Source: Mogibacterium sp. (lineage in GTDB: Bacteria > Bacillota > Clostridia > Peptostreptococcales > Anaerovoracaceae). From it: a stretch of DNA of 64,000 nt. A program made the translations under genes and the position numbers. Positions 44,838-53,186 of the stretch are shown here, in pieces. The notes under the pieces were generated by a model. The model did no database searches. It saw nothing but the letters and a program-made list of their open reading frames with translations, and had not been told where the DNA came from. The stretch is taken from positions 1,454 through 65,453 of the forward strand of contig JAFRGC010000006.1 of assembly GCA_017434025.1 (NCBI GenBank), written 5' to 3'. The stretch's first letter is position 1. Every line of letters starts with the position of its first letter.

Positions 44838-45848
44838 CTAGACAAGCTTGTATTCTACGAGCAGTTTCTCAATATCTTCGACTGAAAGCCACTCAGAGTT
44901 GTTTCCGGAGTTATACTCAAAACCGTCCTCGATCGGCTTGCCGCCTTCTTTGAAGGAACGCTTGAAATCGAACCATTCGAAGTTTGGATAGATGATGTAG
45001 TAATCACCATAATCGTATGTTGATCTGGAGTCATCCTTGGTGATCATGACTTCGTGGATCTTCTCACCCTCTCTGATGCCTACGATCTTCATCTTAGCAT
45101 CCGGTGCCATAGCCTTGCAGATGTCTGTTACTTTATATGAAGGGTTCTTGAATACGAAAGTTTCACCGCCTGTCATATTTTCAACAGCCATGAGAACCAG
45201 CTTAACTGCCTTGTCGAGGGTCATCCAGAATCTGGTCATTCTCTCATCTGTTACAGGGAGCTCATCAAATCCCTTGTCGATCAGATCCTTGAAGAACGGG
45301 ATTACCGAACCGCGGCTTCCGGATACGTTGCCGTATCTTACCAGACCGAACTTGGTGCCGTTTGCTCCGGAATATGCGTTAGCCGATACGAACAGCTTGT
45401 CGGATACCAGTTTGGTACCGCCGTAGAGGTTGATCGGGTTGACAGCCTTGTCTGTAGACAGAGCGACTACCTTCTCTACACCAGTCTCAAGAGCAGCATC
45501 AATGATGTTCATAGCTCCGTTGATGTTGGTCTTGATAGCCTCTGTAGGGTTGTATTCGCAAGCCGGTACCTGCTTCATAGCAGCTGCATGGATAACGATA
45601 TCTACACCCTTGAATGCCAGCTTGAGTCTGTCCTTATCCCTGATATCTCCGATGAAGAATCTGAACTTCTTCATTGCTTCAGCACCATACTTTGCTGTGA
45701 AGTCCTTCTTCATCAGGTCCTGCTTGAACTCATCTCTTGAGAAAATGATGATTTTTCCGAAGTTGTACTTTTCGATCAGCTCTCCGGAAAATGCTTTACC
45801 GAATGAACCTGTTCCCCCAGTGATAAGAATAGTTTTGTCTGCGAACAT
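44838..45848 (-). CDS. pseB: UDP-N-acetylglucosamine 4,6-dehydratase (inverting), PseB/FlaA1/CapD-like
   Basis: KTILITGGTGSFGKAF, IIIFSRDEFKQ and YGGTKLVSDKL (YxxxK) form the typical PseB pattern. Confidence 0.8.
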   Translation of the reverse strand: MFADKTILITGGTGSFGKAFSGELIEKYNFGKIIIFSRDEFKQDLMKKDFTAKYGAEAMKKFRFFIGDIRDKDRLKLAFKGVDIVIHAAAMKQVPACEYNPTEAIKTNINGAMNIIDAALETGVEKVVALSTDKAVNPINLYGGTKLVSDKLFVSANAYSGANGTKFGLVRYGNVSGSRGSVIPFFKDLIDKGFDELPVTDERMTRFWMTLDKAVKLVLMAVENMTGGETFVFKNPSYKVTDICKAMAPDAKMKIVGIREGEKIHEVMITKDDSRSTYDYGDYYIIYPNFEWFDFKRSFKEGGKPIEDGFEYNSGNNSEWLSVEDIEKLLVEYKLV

Positions 45849-45890
45849 ACCTGTTTCCTCCGTGTTTAATGATTAGTTTAAATTAGTATC

Positions 45891-47039
45891 TTATATTTTG
45901 AACTTCTTAATAGTATCGATAACGAATCCCTGCTCTTCCGCTGTCATGCTGTGGTACATCGGAAGGCTGATCTCTCCAGTATAGAATGCTTCTGCTTCCG
46001 GACAATCGCCTTCTTTGAATCCGAAATTATCCATGTAGTATGGATGCAGATGAAGAGGTACATAATGGATCTGTGCATAGATCTTATTCTCACGCAGATA
46101 AGCGTGTAAAGCCTTGCGGACTTCCGCTGAGCAGCATCTGATCGTGAACAGATGATATGAGTGAACTGTATCGCCCTCTGCATCAAATCCGAGATGCGGC
46201 GGCAGTTCGAAGAAGCTGCAGTCCTTGAGCTCCTCATGATATCTTGCTGCAATAGCATTTCTTGCTGCAAGATTCTCTTTGAGCCTTGCGAACTGGCTGA
46301 GTCCGAGCGCTGCCTGGAAATCCGTCAGTCTGTAGTTGTAGCCAAGCTCCTGCATCTCATAATACCATGGGCCGTCATTCTTCCTGAGTCTTGCCGGATC
46401 TCTGGTGATACCGTGTGTCCTGAACAGTCTGAGTTTCTCATTCAGCTCGTCACTGTTCGTCAGGACCATGCCGCCTTCACCTGTCGTTACGTGCTTGACC
46501 GGATGGAAGGAAAGGATGGCCATGTCGACGTATTCCATGCCAAATGTTCCGTCTCTCCTGCTTCCGAGTGCGTGGCATGCGTCATGGATAATGTGGCAGC
46601 CCTTCTCCTGCGCGATCTCGTGGATCGCTTTCAGATCAACCGGATATCCTGCATATGATACCGGTGTGATCACCTTAGTCTTGTCTGTAATAGCATCTCT
46701 GAGCTTGTTGACGTCCAGGCAGTTTGTGGAAGGATCCATATCAACAAAGCGAGGTGTCGCGCCACAGTAGAGACCGCCGTTGACAGAAGCTGCAAATGTG
46801 ATCGGTGAAGAGATCACTTCATCTCCCGGGCATGTTCCAAGCGCGTAATAAGCAGCGTGGAGGGCTGCTGTTCCGTTGGCAAATGCTACACCATACTTAG
46901 CGCCGTGATACTCCGCAACAGTTCTCTCGAATTCCGGAAGGACCTCTCCCTGAGTGATCAGTTCAGATCTGAGGACCTCTACCACTCTTGCTATGTCTTC
47001 TTCTGTAATGCACTGTTTACCGTAAGGTATCTTGTTCAT
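45891..47039 (-). CDS. pseC: UDP-4-amino-4,6-dideoxy-N-acetyl-hexosamine transaminase (PseC/DegT family)
   Basis: IPYGKQCITEEDIARVVEVLRSELITQGEV and FANGTAALH, with the PLP-Lys region SFHPVKHVTTGEGG. GGAGG Shine-Dalgarno lies before the ATG at 47039. Confidence 0.8.
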   Translation of the reverse strand: MNKIPYGKQCITEEDIARVVEVLRSELITQGEVLPEFERTVAEYHGAKYGVAFANGTAALHAAYYALGTCPGDEVISSPITFAASVNGGLYCGATPRFVDMDPSTNCLDVNKLRDAITDKTKVITPVSYAGYPVDLKAIHEIAQEKGCHIIHDACHALGSRRDGTFGMEYVDMAILSFHPVKHVTTGEGGMVLTNSDELNEKLRLFRTHGITRDPARLRKNDGPWYYEMQELGYNYRLTDFQAALGLSQFARLKENLAARNAIAARYHEELKDCSFFELPPHLGFDAEGDTVHSYHLFTIRCCSAEVRKALHAYLRENKIYAQIHYVPLHLHPYYMDNFGFKEGDCPEAEAFYTGEISLPMYHSMTAEEQGFVIDTIKKFKI

Positions 47040-47053
47040 CTCATCCTCCCTTT

Positions 47054-48205
47054 CTATCTGCACGCCTCCAGGATCTTCTGGACTGCGAGTTTATCAAGCG
47101 TCAGATATCCGTTGATATTGTTTTTCCTGCAGATCGCTTCAGCCATATCGGCTGCGTCGATCTCTTCTATTCCTGCGGCTTTCAGTGATGATGCCAGTCC
47201 GAGGGTCTCATACAGGAATTTCTCCACGCTGTCCACCGCTGCGCATTCATCAGTAACGCCGAAAACATTCTCTCCGAACTCTCTGAATCTTGCTCTGGTC
47301 TCCGGCTCTGCATCCATACAGTATCTCATCCACTTAGGAATGATGATCGCCAGTCCGAGACCATGTGTCATATCGTATCTTGCGGACAGTTCGTGTTCGA
47401 TCGGGTGACAGCTCCATACCTGTCTGGATCCTCCTCCGAACAGTCCGTTGATCGCCCAGGATGCCGCCCAGAGCAGGTTCCCTCTTGCCTCGTAGTTATC
47501 CGGCTCAGCAAGTACCTTCTCTGCGTTGGCAACGACCGCTTTCATAACGCCTTCCATCATTCTGTCGAGCAGGCAGAAGTCCAGGTCCTTCTTGAAGTAA
47601 CTCTCCATCACATGTGAGAGTATATCTGCTGCTCCGCAGGCTGTCTGGAACCGAGGCACAGAATAGGTCAGCTCCGGATCCAGGAATGAGGCCTTAGGAA
47701 AGACCGGGAATCCTCCCCGTCCGAGTTTCTCGCAGGTCTCATCATTGCTGATGACTGCCCCGCAAGTCATCTCAGATCCTGTAGATGCCATCGTCACGAT
47801 CGTGAACAGCGGCAGGGCCTTCTCGATGGCTCTGCGCGGGCCGCCATAGAACTCCCATGGATCGAAATCCACACAAGCGCCGGCTGCGATCGCTTTGGAC
47901 GCATCGATAACGGAGCCGCCTCCGACTGCCAGGATGATCTCTATCCCTTCTTCTTTGCACTTATCTGCACCTCTGCGGATCGACCCGATCTTAGGATTTG
48001 GTTCGATCCCTCCGTGTTCGAAGACTTCAAAATCATCTCCCAGCAGATCCTTGATCCTGTCAAGCAGGCCGGTCCTGATCACAGAGCCTCCGCCGTAAAC
48101 GATAAGGACTTTTCTTCCGAAACTCTTCAGCTCAGCGTTCAGCTTGCCGAGGCAGTCCTTACCGAAATACATCTTGGTAGGAATGTGGAAAACAAAATCA
48201 TTCAT
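47054..48205 (-). CDS. Iron-containing (group III) alcohol dehydrogenase, butanol/4-hydroxybutyrate dehydrogenase-like
   Basis: Contains VGGGSVIDASKAIA and metal-binding His motifs (HPIEHELS..THGLGLA). AGGAG Shine-Dalgarno. Confidence 0.8.
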   Translation of the reverse strand: MNDFVFHIPTKMYFGKDCLGKLNAELKSFGRKVLIVYGGGSVIRTGLLDRIKDLLGDDFEVFEHGGIEPNPKIGSIRRGADKCKEEGIEIILAVGGGSVIDASKAIAAGACVDFDPWEFYGGPRRAIEKALPLFTIVTMASTGSEMTCGAVISNDETCEKLGRGGFPVFPKASFLDPELTYSVPRFQTACGAADILSHVMESYFKKDLDFCLLDRMMEGVMKAVVANAEKVLAEPDNYEARGNLLWAASWAINGLFGGGSRQVWSCHPIEHELSARYDMTHGLGLAIIIPKWMRYCMDAEPETRARFREFGENVFGVTDECAAVDSVEKFLYETLGLASSLKAAGIEEIDAADMAEAICRKNNINGYLTLDKLAVQKILEACR

Positions 48206-48217
48206 ATCGTAAATCTC

Positions 48218-49417
48218 CTACAGTTCATTCAGCACTCTGTCCAGTGTGTCGACTGCAAAATCAATATCTTTCTCTTCTATCAGGTAATCCGGCAGGAATC
48301 TGAGTGTATGTCCGCCGTTCGTTCCCTGGATGATCACACCGTTCTTCATCATGCGGTCGTAGAGTGTGGCGTAGAGAGGTCTGTAATCCTCAACGCCTTC
48401 ATAATACAGCTCGCATCCCAGCATCAGGCCCTTGCCTCTTGCGTCTCTGATATGATCATTCTTCTGCTCCAGCTCCTTGAGCTTCTCAAGGAAGTAATCG
48501 CCTCGTGCAGTGATGCCAGCCAGCACATCATTCTTCTCGATATATTCAACAGCAGTATTGATGATTGCTGCCGCAAAGGAATCATTCTGGTGTGAGCTGT
48601 AATGCGACATTCTGTATACTTCGTCAGGAACGAGTTCTTTCCTGAACATCGCTACCGATACCGGGAATCCGAGGCCTACGCTCTTGGCAAGAACGACCAT
48701 ATCCGGAACGGTCTCAAAGGTCTGGTACGCGAACCAGTTACCGGTCCTTCCGAACCCTGTCTGGCTCTCGTCGAATACGAGCAGTGTATCGTTGTCATCG
48801 CAGACTTTGCGCAGCAGCTCGAACCACTTCTTCGGCGGATACAGCATTCCTCCGACAGAAACGATCGGCTCGAGTATTACAGATGCGTAATTGCCTGTAG
48901 CGAGGAGCTTATCCAGCGCAGCTGCTGATTCAACAGCCTCCTCTTCTGTTACAGGGACCTTGATGGTCTCGATCTCGTCTACATGAGGTTTCGCGAATTT
49001 GCCGCCAAACGTGATCGTCTGTGAACCGAGTGTAAGTCCGTGATATCCCTTGTCAAAACAAACTACGCCTTCTCTGCCCTTGAGGAATTTGGAGAACCTC
49101 ATGCAGAATTCCACTGCTTCCGAGCCTGTGCTCAGGAGGATGCTGTACGCATCCATATCTCCGCTCAGCTCATTGAGTTTGTTAGAGCATATTGCGACTT
49201 CATCAGTATATATATTAGAAGCTGTATGAACGATCTTCCTTGCCTTATCGAAGATCTTCTCCAAGACTTCTTCATTTGAATGTCCAAGCGCGACACAGAA
49301 CTGTCCTGAATTGAGATCAAGATATTTCTTGCCCTCAACATCATAGACCCAGCTGCCTTCACCTCTGGACATGATCTCTTCAGTGAAATGAATAATAGGT
49401 AATAAATGGTTTTCCAC
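48218..49417 (-). CDS. Class III (omega/GABA/acetylornithine-type) PLP aminotransferase
   Basis: Contains YLDLNSGQFCVALGH and LVFDESQTGFGRTGNWFA, with the catalytic-Lys region VLAKSVGLGFP. I prefer the GTG start at 49417, just after the upstream stop, with AAGGAGG upstream. The ORF track extends to 49477. Confidence 0.75.
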   Translation of the reverse strand: MENHLLPIIHFTEEIMSRGEGSWVYDVEGKKYLDLNSGQFCVALGHSNEEVLEKIFDKARKIVHTASNIYTDEVAICSNKLNELSGDMDAYSILLSTGSEAVEFCMRFSKFLKGREGVVCFDKGYHGLTLGSQTITFGGKFAKPHVDEIETIKVPVTEEEAVESAAALDKLLATGNYASVILEPIVSVGGMLYPPKKWFELLRKVCDDNDTLLVFDESQTGFGRTGNWFAYQTFETVPDMVVLAKSVGLGFPVSVAMFRKELVPDEVYRMSHYSSHQNDSFAAAIINTAVEYIEKNDVLAGITARGDYFLEKLKELEQKNDHIRDARGKGLMLGCELYYEGVEDYRPLYATLYDRMMKNGVIIQGTNGGHTLRFLPDYLIEEKDIDFAVDTLDRVLNEL

Positions 49418-49422
49418 TACTC

Positions 49423-50637
49423 CTATACCTCCTTGATAATAAATTTTTTCTCTATTTCTGCACAGATCTCTCTGCACTTATCTAAAGTATCTGCTTTCAC
49501 AACATAGAAGCCTCTGCCCATAACAGAGCTTCCGTCTGTGACTTTGCCCAGCCTGTCGCCTTCCTTCATATAGCAGTTATAACAGAAGACGCCTTCCATC
49601 GCTTCGATCTCTTCCTGCGTCGGGAGATACTCGATCACGCCCTCAAGCAGGTCAAAATAGCGGATAAGCATGCTTTCCGCATTGTATGTATAGCATACCT
49701 TATGCTCTTCGCCGCGTGAACGGGCTGTCGCATAGTCTATATACTCTGAAAGCATATCAAATCCTGTTGCGTATCTTGTAAAGTAATTGTGAAGATAATG
49801 TCCGGATGGACGAGGTGACAGCTCGATGATAAAGGCTTCCTTGCCATCATCCATTATATCCACGTGCATCAGGCAGTCATCGAGGCCGAGGACCTCTGTC
49901 GCTCCGCCAAGAACAGCATAGACTCTGTTAAAGAGTTCTGCAGTCTCACTATTCTGCTCAATTGCGTAATATCCGACACACTGTCTGTAAGGTTCCGGTG
50001 TCAGGAGCTTCTCTCTGAGAAGGATCAGGTGGAACTCTCCCCCTGCTATAAACGCATCGACGCCATATTCAATGCCTGGTTTGCAGGTCTCGACGATATA
50101 GTCTTCATCGTATTCTGCAACATCGGCATTATCATCCCTGAGCTCTTCAAAAGACTTGTAGACCTTGACTGCTCTGCTTCCTGAGCCGAATCTAGGCTTC
50201 ATTACGACCGGATACTGCATATCCCTGAGTCCGTCTATCTGCTCCTTGCGGTTGATCAGCACAGCATCCGCGTTGCGAAGACCCGCGTCTGAAAGGATCC
50301 GATGGAATTCCCATTTATCAGTCGCGAGACTGGCTGCTCTCTGTCCAACGCCCGGAAGTCCGTATCTGTCATTCACCGCGCCGGCGGTAGTCAGAATTCT
50401 GCCAACCGGGACCGGCAGCAGAAAGTCTACCGGGTTGCTGTCAAAGAACTCGAATACCGCACCCGTATCTCTCAGATCTACTGTATATCCTTCATCCGCG
50501 CATTCCAAACCCGGTGCAGCCGGATTACCGTCTATTGCGATCGTCGTTATGCCCCTTGCACGGGCTTCTTTGATCGCATATATAGATTCACTGCTTGCAC
50601 CGATGATTCCTGCTCTATATTTCTCTTTCATATACAT
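49423..50637 (-). CDS. ATP-grasp domain ligase (paralog 4), first gene of the nonulosonic-acid operon
   Basis: Contains YRAGIIGASSESIYAIKEAR, VVMKPRFGSGSRA, YIVETCKPGIEYGVD and IIELSPRPSG. Confidence 0.75.
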   Translation of the reverse strand: MYMKEKYRAGIIGASSESIYAIKEARARGITTIAIDGNPAAPGLECADEGYTVDLRDTGAVFEFFDSNPVDFLLPVPVGRILTTAGAVNDRYGLPGVGQRAASLATDKWEFHRILSDAGLRNADAVLINRKEQIDGLRDMQYPVVMKPRFGSGSRAVKVYKSFEELRDDNADVAEYDEDYIVETCKPGIEYGVDAFIAGGEFHLILLREKLLTPEPYRQCVGYYAIEQNSETAELFNRVYAVLGGATEVLGLDDCLMHVDIMDDGKEAFIIELSPRPSGHYLHNYFTRYATGFDMLSEYIDYATARSRGEEHKVCYTYNAESMLIRYFDLLEGVIEYLPTQEEIEAMEGVFCYNCYMKEGDRLGKVTDGSSVMGRGFYVVKADTLDKCREICAEIEKKFIIKEV

Positions 50638-50683
50638 ATAACCTTAATATCGTTATCAAGCCGCTTAACCCCATTATTATGTA

Positions 50684-50712
50684 ATTTTAACACAATATGC
50701 TGTATTGAACAA
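50684..50712 (-). promoter_or_regulatory. Candidate sigma-A promoter with extended -10 for the 12-gene operon
   Basis: The minus strand reads TTGTTC-N17 (ending TGT)-TAAAAT. It lies directly downstream of the 50741-50773 terminator and about 45 nt upstream of the ATG. Confidence 0.5.
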
Positions 50713-50740
50713 TTTGAAACTCTTGAGATCCTTTCAATAA

Positions 50741-50773
50741 CAAAAAGAGGCTTCTGCTATCAGCAGAAGCCTC
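50741..50773 (-). terminator. Rho-independent terminator after the NlpC/P60 gene
   Basis: A 12-bp perfect stem GAGGCTTCTGCT / AGCAGAAGCCTC with a 3-nt loop, then TTTTT on the minus strand. Confidence 0.85.
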
Positions 50774-50793
50774 CCCCTGATCCTGTATATTTT

Positions 50794-52986
50794 CTAGTTG
50801 AATATTCTCTTAACTTTACATACTGTACCGTACTCGTAGCTCATGCCTGTGACTTTGACGCCTGCGAGTGCAGAGTGGATGATCTTGTTATTACCCAGAT
50901 AGATCGCTACGTGGATGACTACTCCGCTGCTGTTTGCGTAGAAGATCAGGTCTCCTCTCTTGCGGTTACTGTATGATACCGTCTTGAGGTTGGACATCTT
51001 GGCGATGTTGCGGGACTCGTATTCGTATGCAGGTGATCTGTGCCTGTGCGGATTGCTCGGCCAGAGATCGACTCCTGCGCCGTAGCATGCCTGCATGACG
51101 AGTCCTGAGCAGTCTACACCTTTGCCCGGAGCGCGTGACTGGCAAACGACATACGGATCGCCCAGGTACTTGTAAGCGGTCTTGATCATCGCCTCAATAT
51201 GATCATCCTTGGTGCTCATATTGTTGACCAGAACCGGCGCAGTATAATAGCTGTATCCGTGCTTGGAGATACTATTGGTGATCTGGACGTATCCCTTAGG
51301 ATTCTGATAGCGCCTTGTTGTTTTGATGACGAGCTTGCCGCTGGTATAAGCTGCCGCGTCTGCGCTTGCCGGGATGTAGAGTCTCCATGTGGAGCTGTTC
51401 AGTTTCCACCAGTTATCCGGGAATGCCAGGCTGACTGACGATACTCCGGCCCCTGCAGGAAGCGTGATACTCTTCTTATTGACCCATTTACTGTTTTCAT
51501 ACATCTGCAGCTGGGCGGTCCTGCCGTCCGGTGCCTTGACGCTGACAGTTACTGTATAATGCGATGCTGCCTTAGGCGACGCAGATGAAGGGAATCCGCT
51601 GACAGTTGTCTTGCGAGGGGTCTTTACAGCCTTCTGCGTCAGAACTGCTGACTTGTCGCTGAGTGCGGTCGATCCTCTGTTGTCATTTCTCGCCTGCAGA
51701 TAGTATTTGTATTCATGCGCTTCTGTCAGACCGGTATGAGTATATCCACAGGACTTCGTGTTGGTGACCTTCTCATATGTCGCACCGCCGTCTTCTGAAC
51801 AGTAGAGATCGTATGAAGTCGCGTGGCTGGTCTTGCCCCAGGACAGTTCGATACTCTCAGTATTGGAATACTCGAGACTCAGCGTCGGTTTGCCCGGTTT
51901 GTACGCTGCGACGACTGTTACCTTGCAGATAAAATCTCTGCCGCTCGCGACACGTGCTGTAACATTCGCTGTACCAGGGCCGACTGCTGTCAGCTTACCG
52001 GTCTTATCGACTGTAAGGACATTCTTGTTGCTGGAGACCCAGCGGATGCTGGAAGCCCAGAAGGTCTTCTTCTTCGCATGCTTCAGCGACAGTTTATATG
52101 TCTCACCCTTCTGACGTGTCAGGGTCTTGTTGCTGATAGTAGCACTGTAACCATTCTTGAGTTTGCTCTTGGTCGTCTCACCGGCAGCCCAGTTAGAAGC
52201 CGGAGCGATCCTGATGTCATTACCGACCTTCTTATATCCTACAACTACATATGAGTATGCTGTATTCTTCTTCTTAGCTTTCTTATCTGTATAAGAAGTA
52301 GCTGTCTTGGCAACCTTGGCGATCTCCGTATATACGGATGCGTTGCCTATCCTGCGCAGAATGATGTAACCATCGATGGCGCTCAGGTCTGCAGCCTTCT
52401 TCCAGATGACCTTCATGCTCTTCTTCTGCCCTGTGATCCATGCATGCACAGAACCAGCTTTCGCATTGAGAGGATTGTCGATCAGAACGTTCCATGTTTT
52501 GAACTGCAGCTTGCTTCCGGTCCACACCAGAGTTTTGGCCTTGCGTGGCGGTGCTGCGACCGGTGCCGGTGCCGGCTCCTGTGCCGGTTCCGGGTCCTGG
52601 ACTTCCTGGCTGGACTCAGCAGCCTGTTCTGCACCAGTAACTACTGCCGGATCTTCACTGCCGGCAGTCGCTGTTCCGACGGCATCTGTACCGGCAATTT
52701 CCTGAGCAGTATCTGTTCCGGTTGTGTCTGTGCCTGCAGCAGAATCATTCTGCGGATCGGCAACTACATCACTTCCCGACTGATCTGTTCCCTGTGTGGT
52801 GTCCGAAGGCGTTCCGCTATCTGTCGATGAACCTGTATCTGCAACTTCTGTTACAGTCTGGCCATCGGTATTTCCTGCAGCACCCTCTTCGCCGCCTTCA
52901 GCAAAGGCACTGAACGGGAGCAGCATGACGCACAGCATCAGTGCCAGCATCACTCTGATATAATGTCTGTATCCTGTATTCTTCAT
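50794..52986 (-). CDS. Secreted NlpC/P60 endopeptidase with FN3-like and Big_2 modules
   Basis: I prefer the start at MKNTGYRHY (AAGGGGTGG Shine-Dalgarno), followed by a signal peptide. Big_2: SSNKNVLTVDKTGKLTAVGPGTANVTA. C-terminal NlpC/P60: GVDCSGLVMQACY..GDLIFY..HVAIYLG..IIHS. Confidence 0.8.
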   Translation of the reverse strand: MKNTGYRHYIRVMLALMLCVMLLPFSAFAEGGEEGAAGNTDGQTVTEVADTGSSTDSGTPSDTTQGTDQSGSDVVADPQNDSAAGTDTTGTDTAQEIAGTDAVGTATAGSEDPAVVTGAEQAAESSQEVQDPEPAQEPAPAPVAAPPRKAKTLVWTGSKLQFKTWNVLIDNPLNAKAGSVHAWITGQKKSMKVIWKKAADLSAIDGYIILRRIGNASVYTEIAKVAKTATSYTDKKAKKKNTAYSYVVVGYKKVGNDIRIAPASNWAAGETTKSKLKNGYSATISNKTLTRQKGETYKLSLKHAKKKTFWASSIRWVSSNKNVLTVDKTGKLTAVGPGTANVTARVASGRDFICKVTVVAAYKPGKPTLSLEYSNTESIELSWGKTSHATSYDLYCSEDGGATYEKVTNTKSCGYTHTGLTEAHEYKYYLQARNDNRGSTALSDKSAVLTQKAVKTPRKTTVSGFPSSASPKAASHYTVTVSVKAPDGRTAQLQMYENSKWVNKKSITLPAGAGVSSVSLAFPDNWWKLNSSTWRLYIPASADAAAYTSGKLVIKTTRRYQNPKGYVQITNSISKHGYSYYTAPVLVNNMSTKDDHIEAMIKTAYKYLGDPYVVCQSRAPGKGVDCSGLVMQACYGAGVDLWPSNPHRHRSPAYEYESRNIAKMSNLKTVSYSNRKRGDLIFYANSSGVVIHVAIYLGNNKIIHSALAGVKVTGMSYEYGTVCKVKRIFN

Positions 52987-53038
52987 CTGTAAAACCACCC
53001 CTTGCATCAAGTAGTTCTCATTATAATAATCCATTGTT

Positions 53039-53067
53039 ATTTTATTGATTAATGGCCTAATAATCAA
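53039..53067 (-). promoter_or_regulatory. Candidate promoter of the NlpC/P60 gene overlapped by an inverted repeat
   Basis: The minus strand reads TTGATT-N17-TAAAAT. The inverted repeat ATTGATTA-N9-TAATCAAT (53044-53068) spans the -35 to -10 interval. Confidence 0.4.
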
Positions 53068-53072
53068 TGTAG

Positions 53073-53100
53073 ATTAAGAATCATTAAGATTAAATTAAGA
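53073..53100. promoter_or_regulatory. Three phased direct repeats ATTAAGA (minus strand TCTTAAT) at 10-11 bp spacing
   Basis: Copies start at 53073, 53083 and 53094. They lie immediately upstream of the candidate -35 of the NlpC/P60 gene, inside the divergent region shared with plsC. Confidence 0.4.
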
Positions 53101-53186
53101 TTCTCCTGACGATTATTATTCTTTCCTCTGCGGATTGTAGTATAATCTTCTCGAAAATTATTATTCGATCTGAACAGGAGCAGCAT

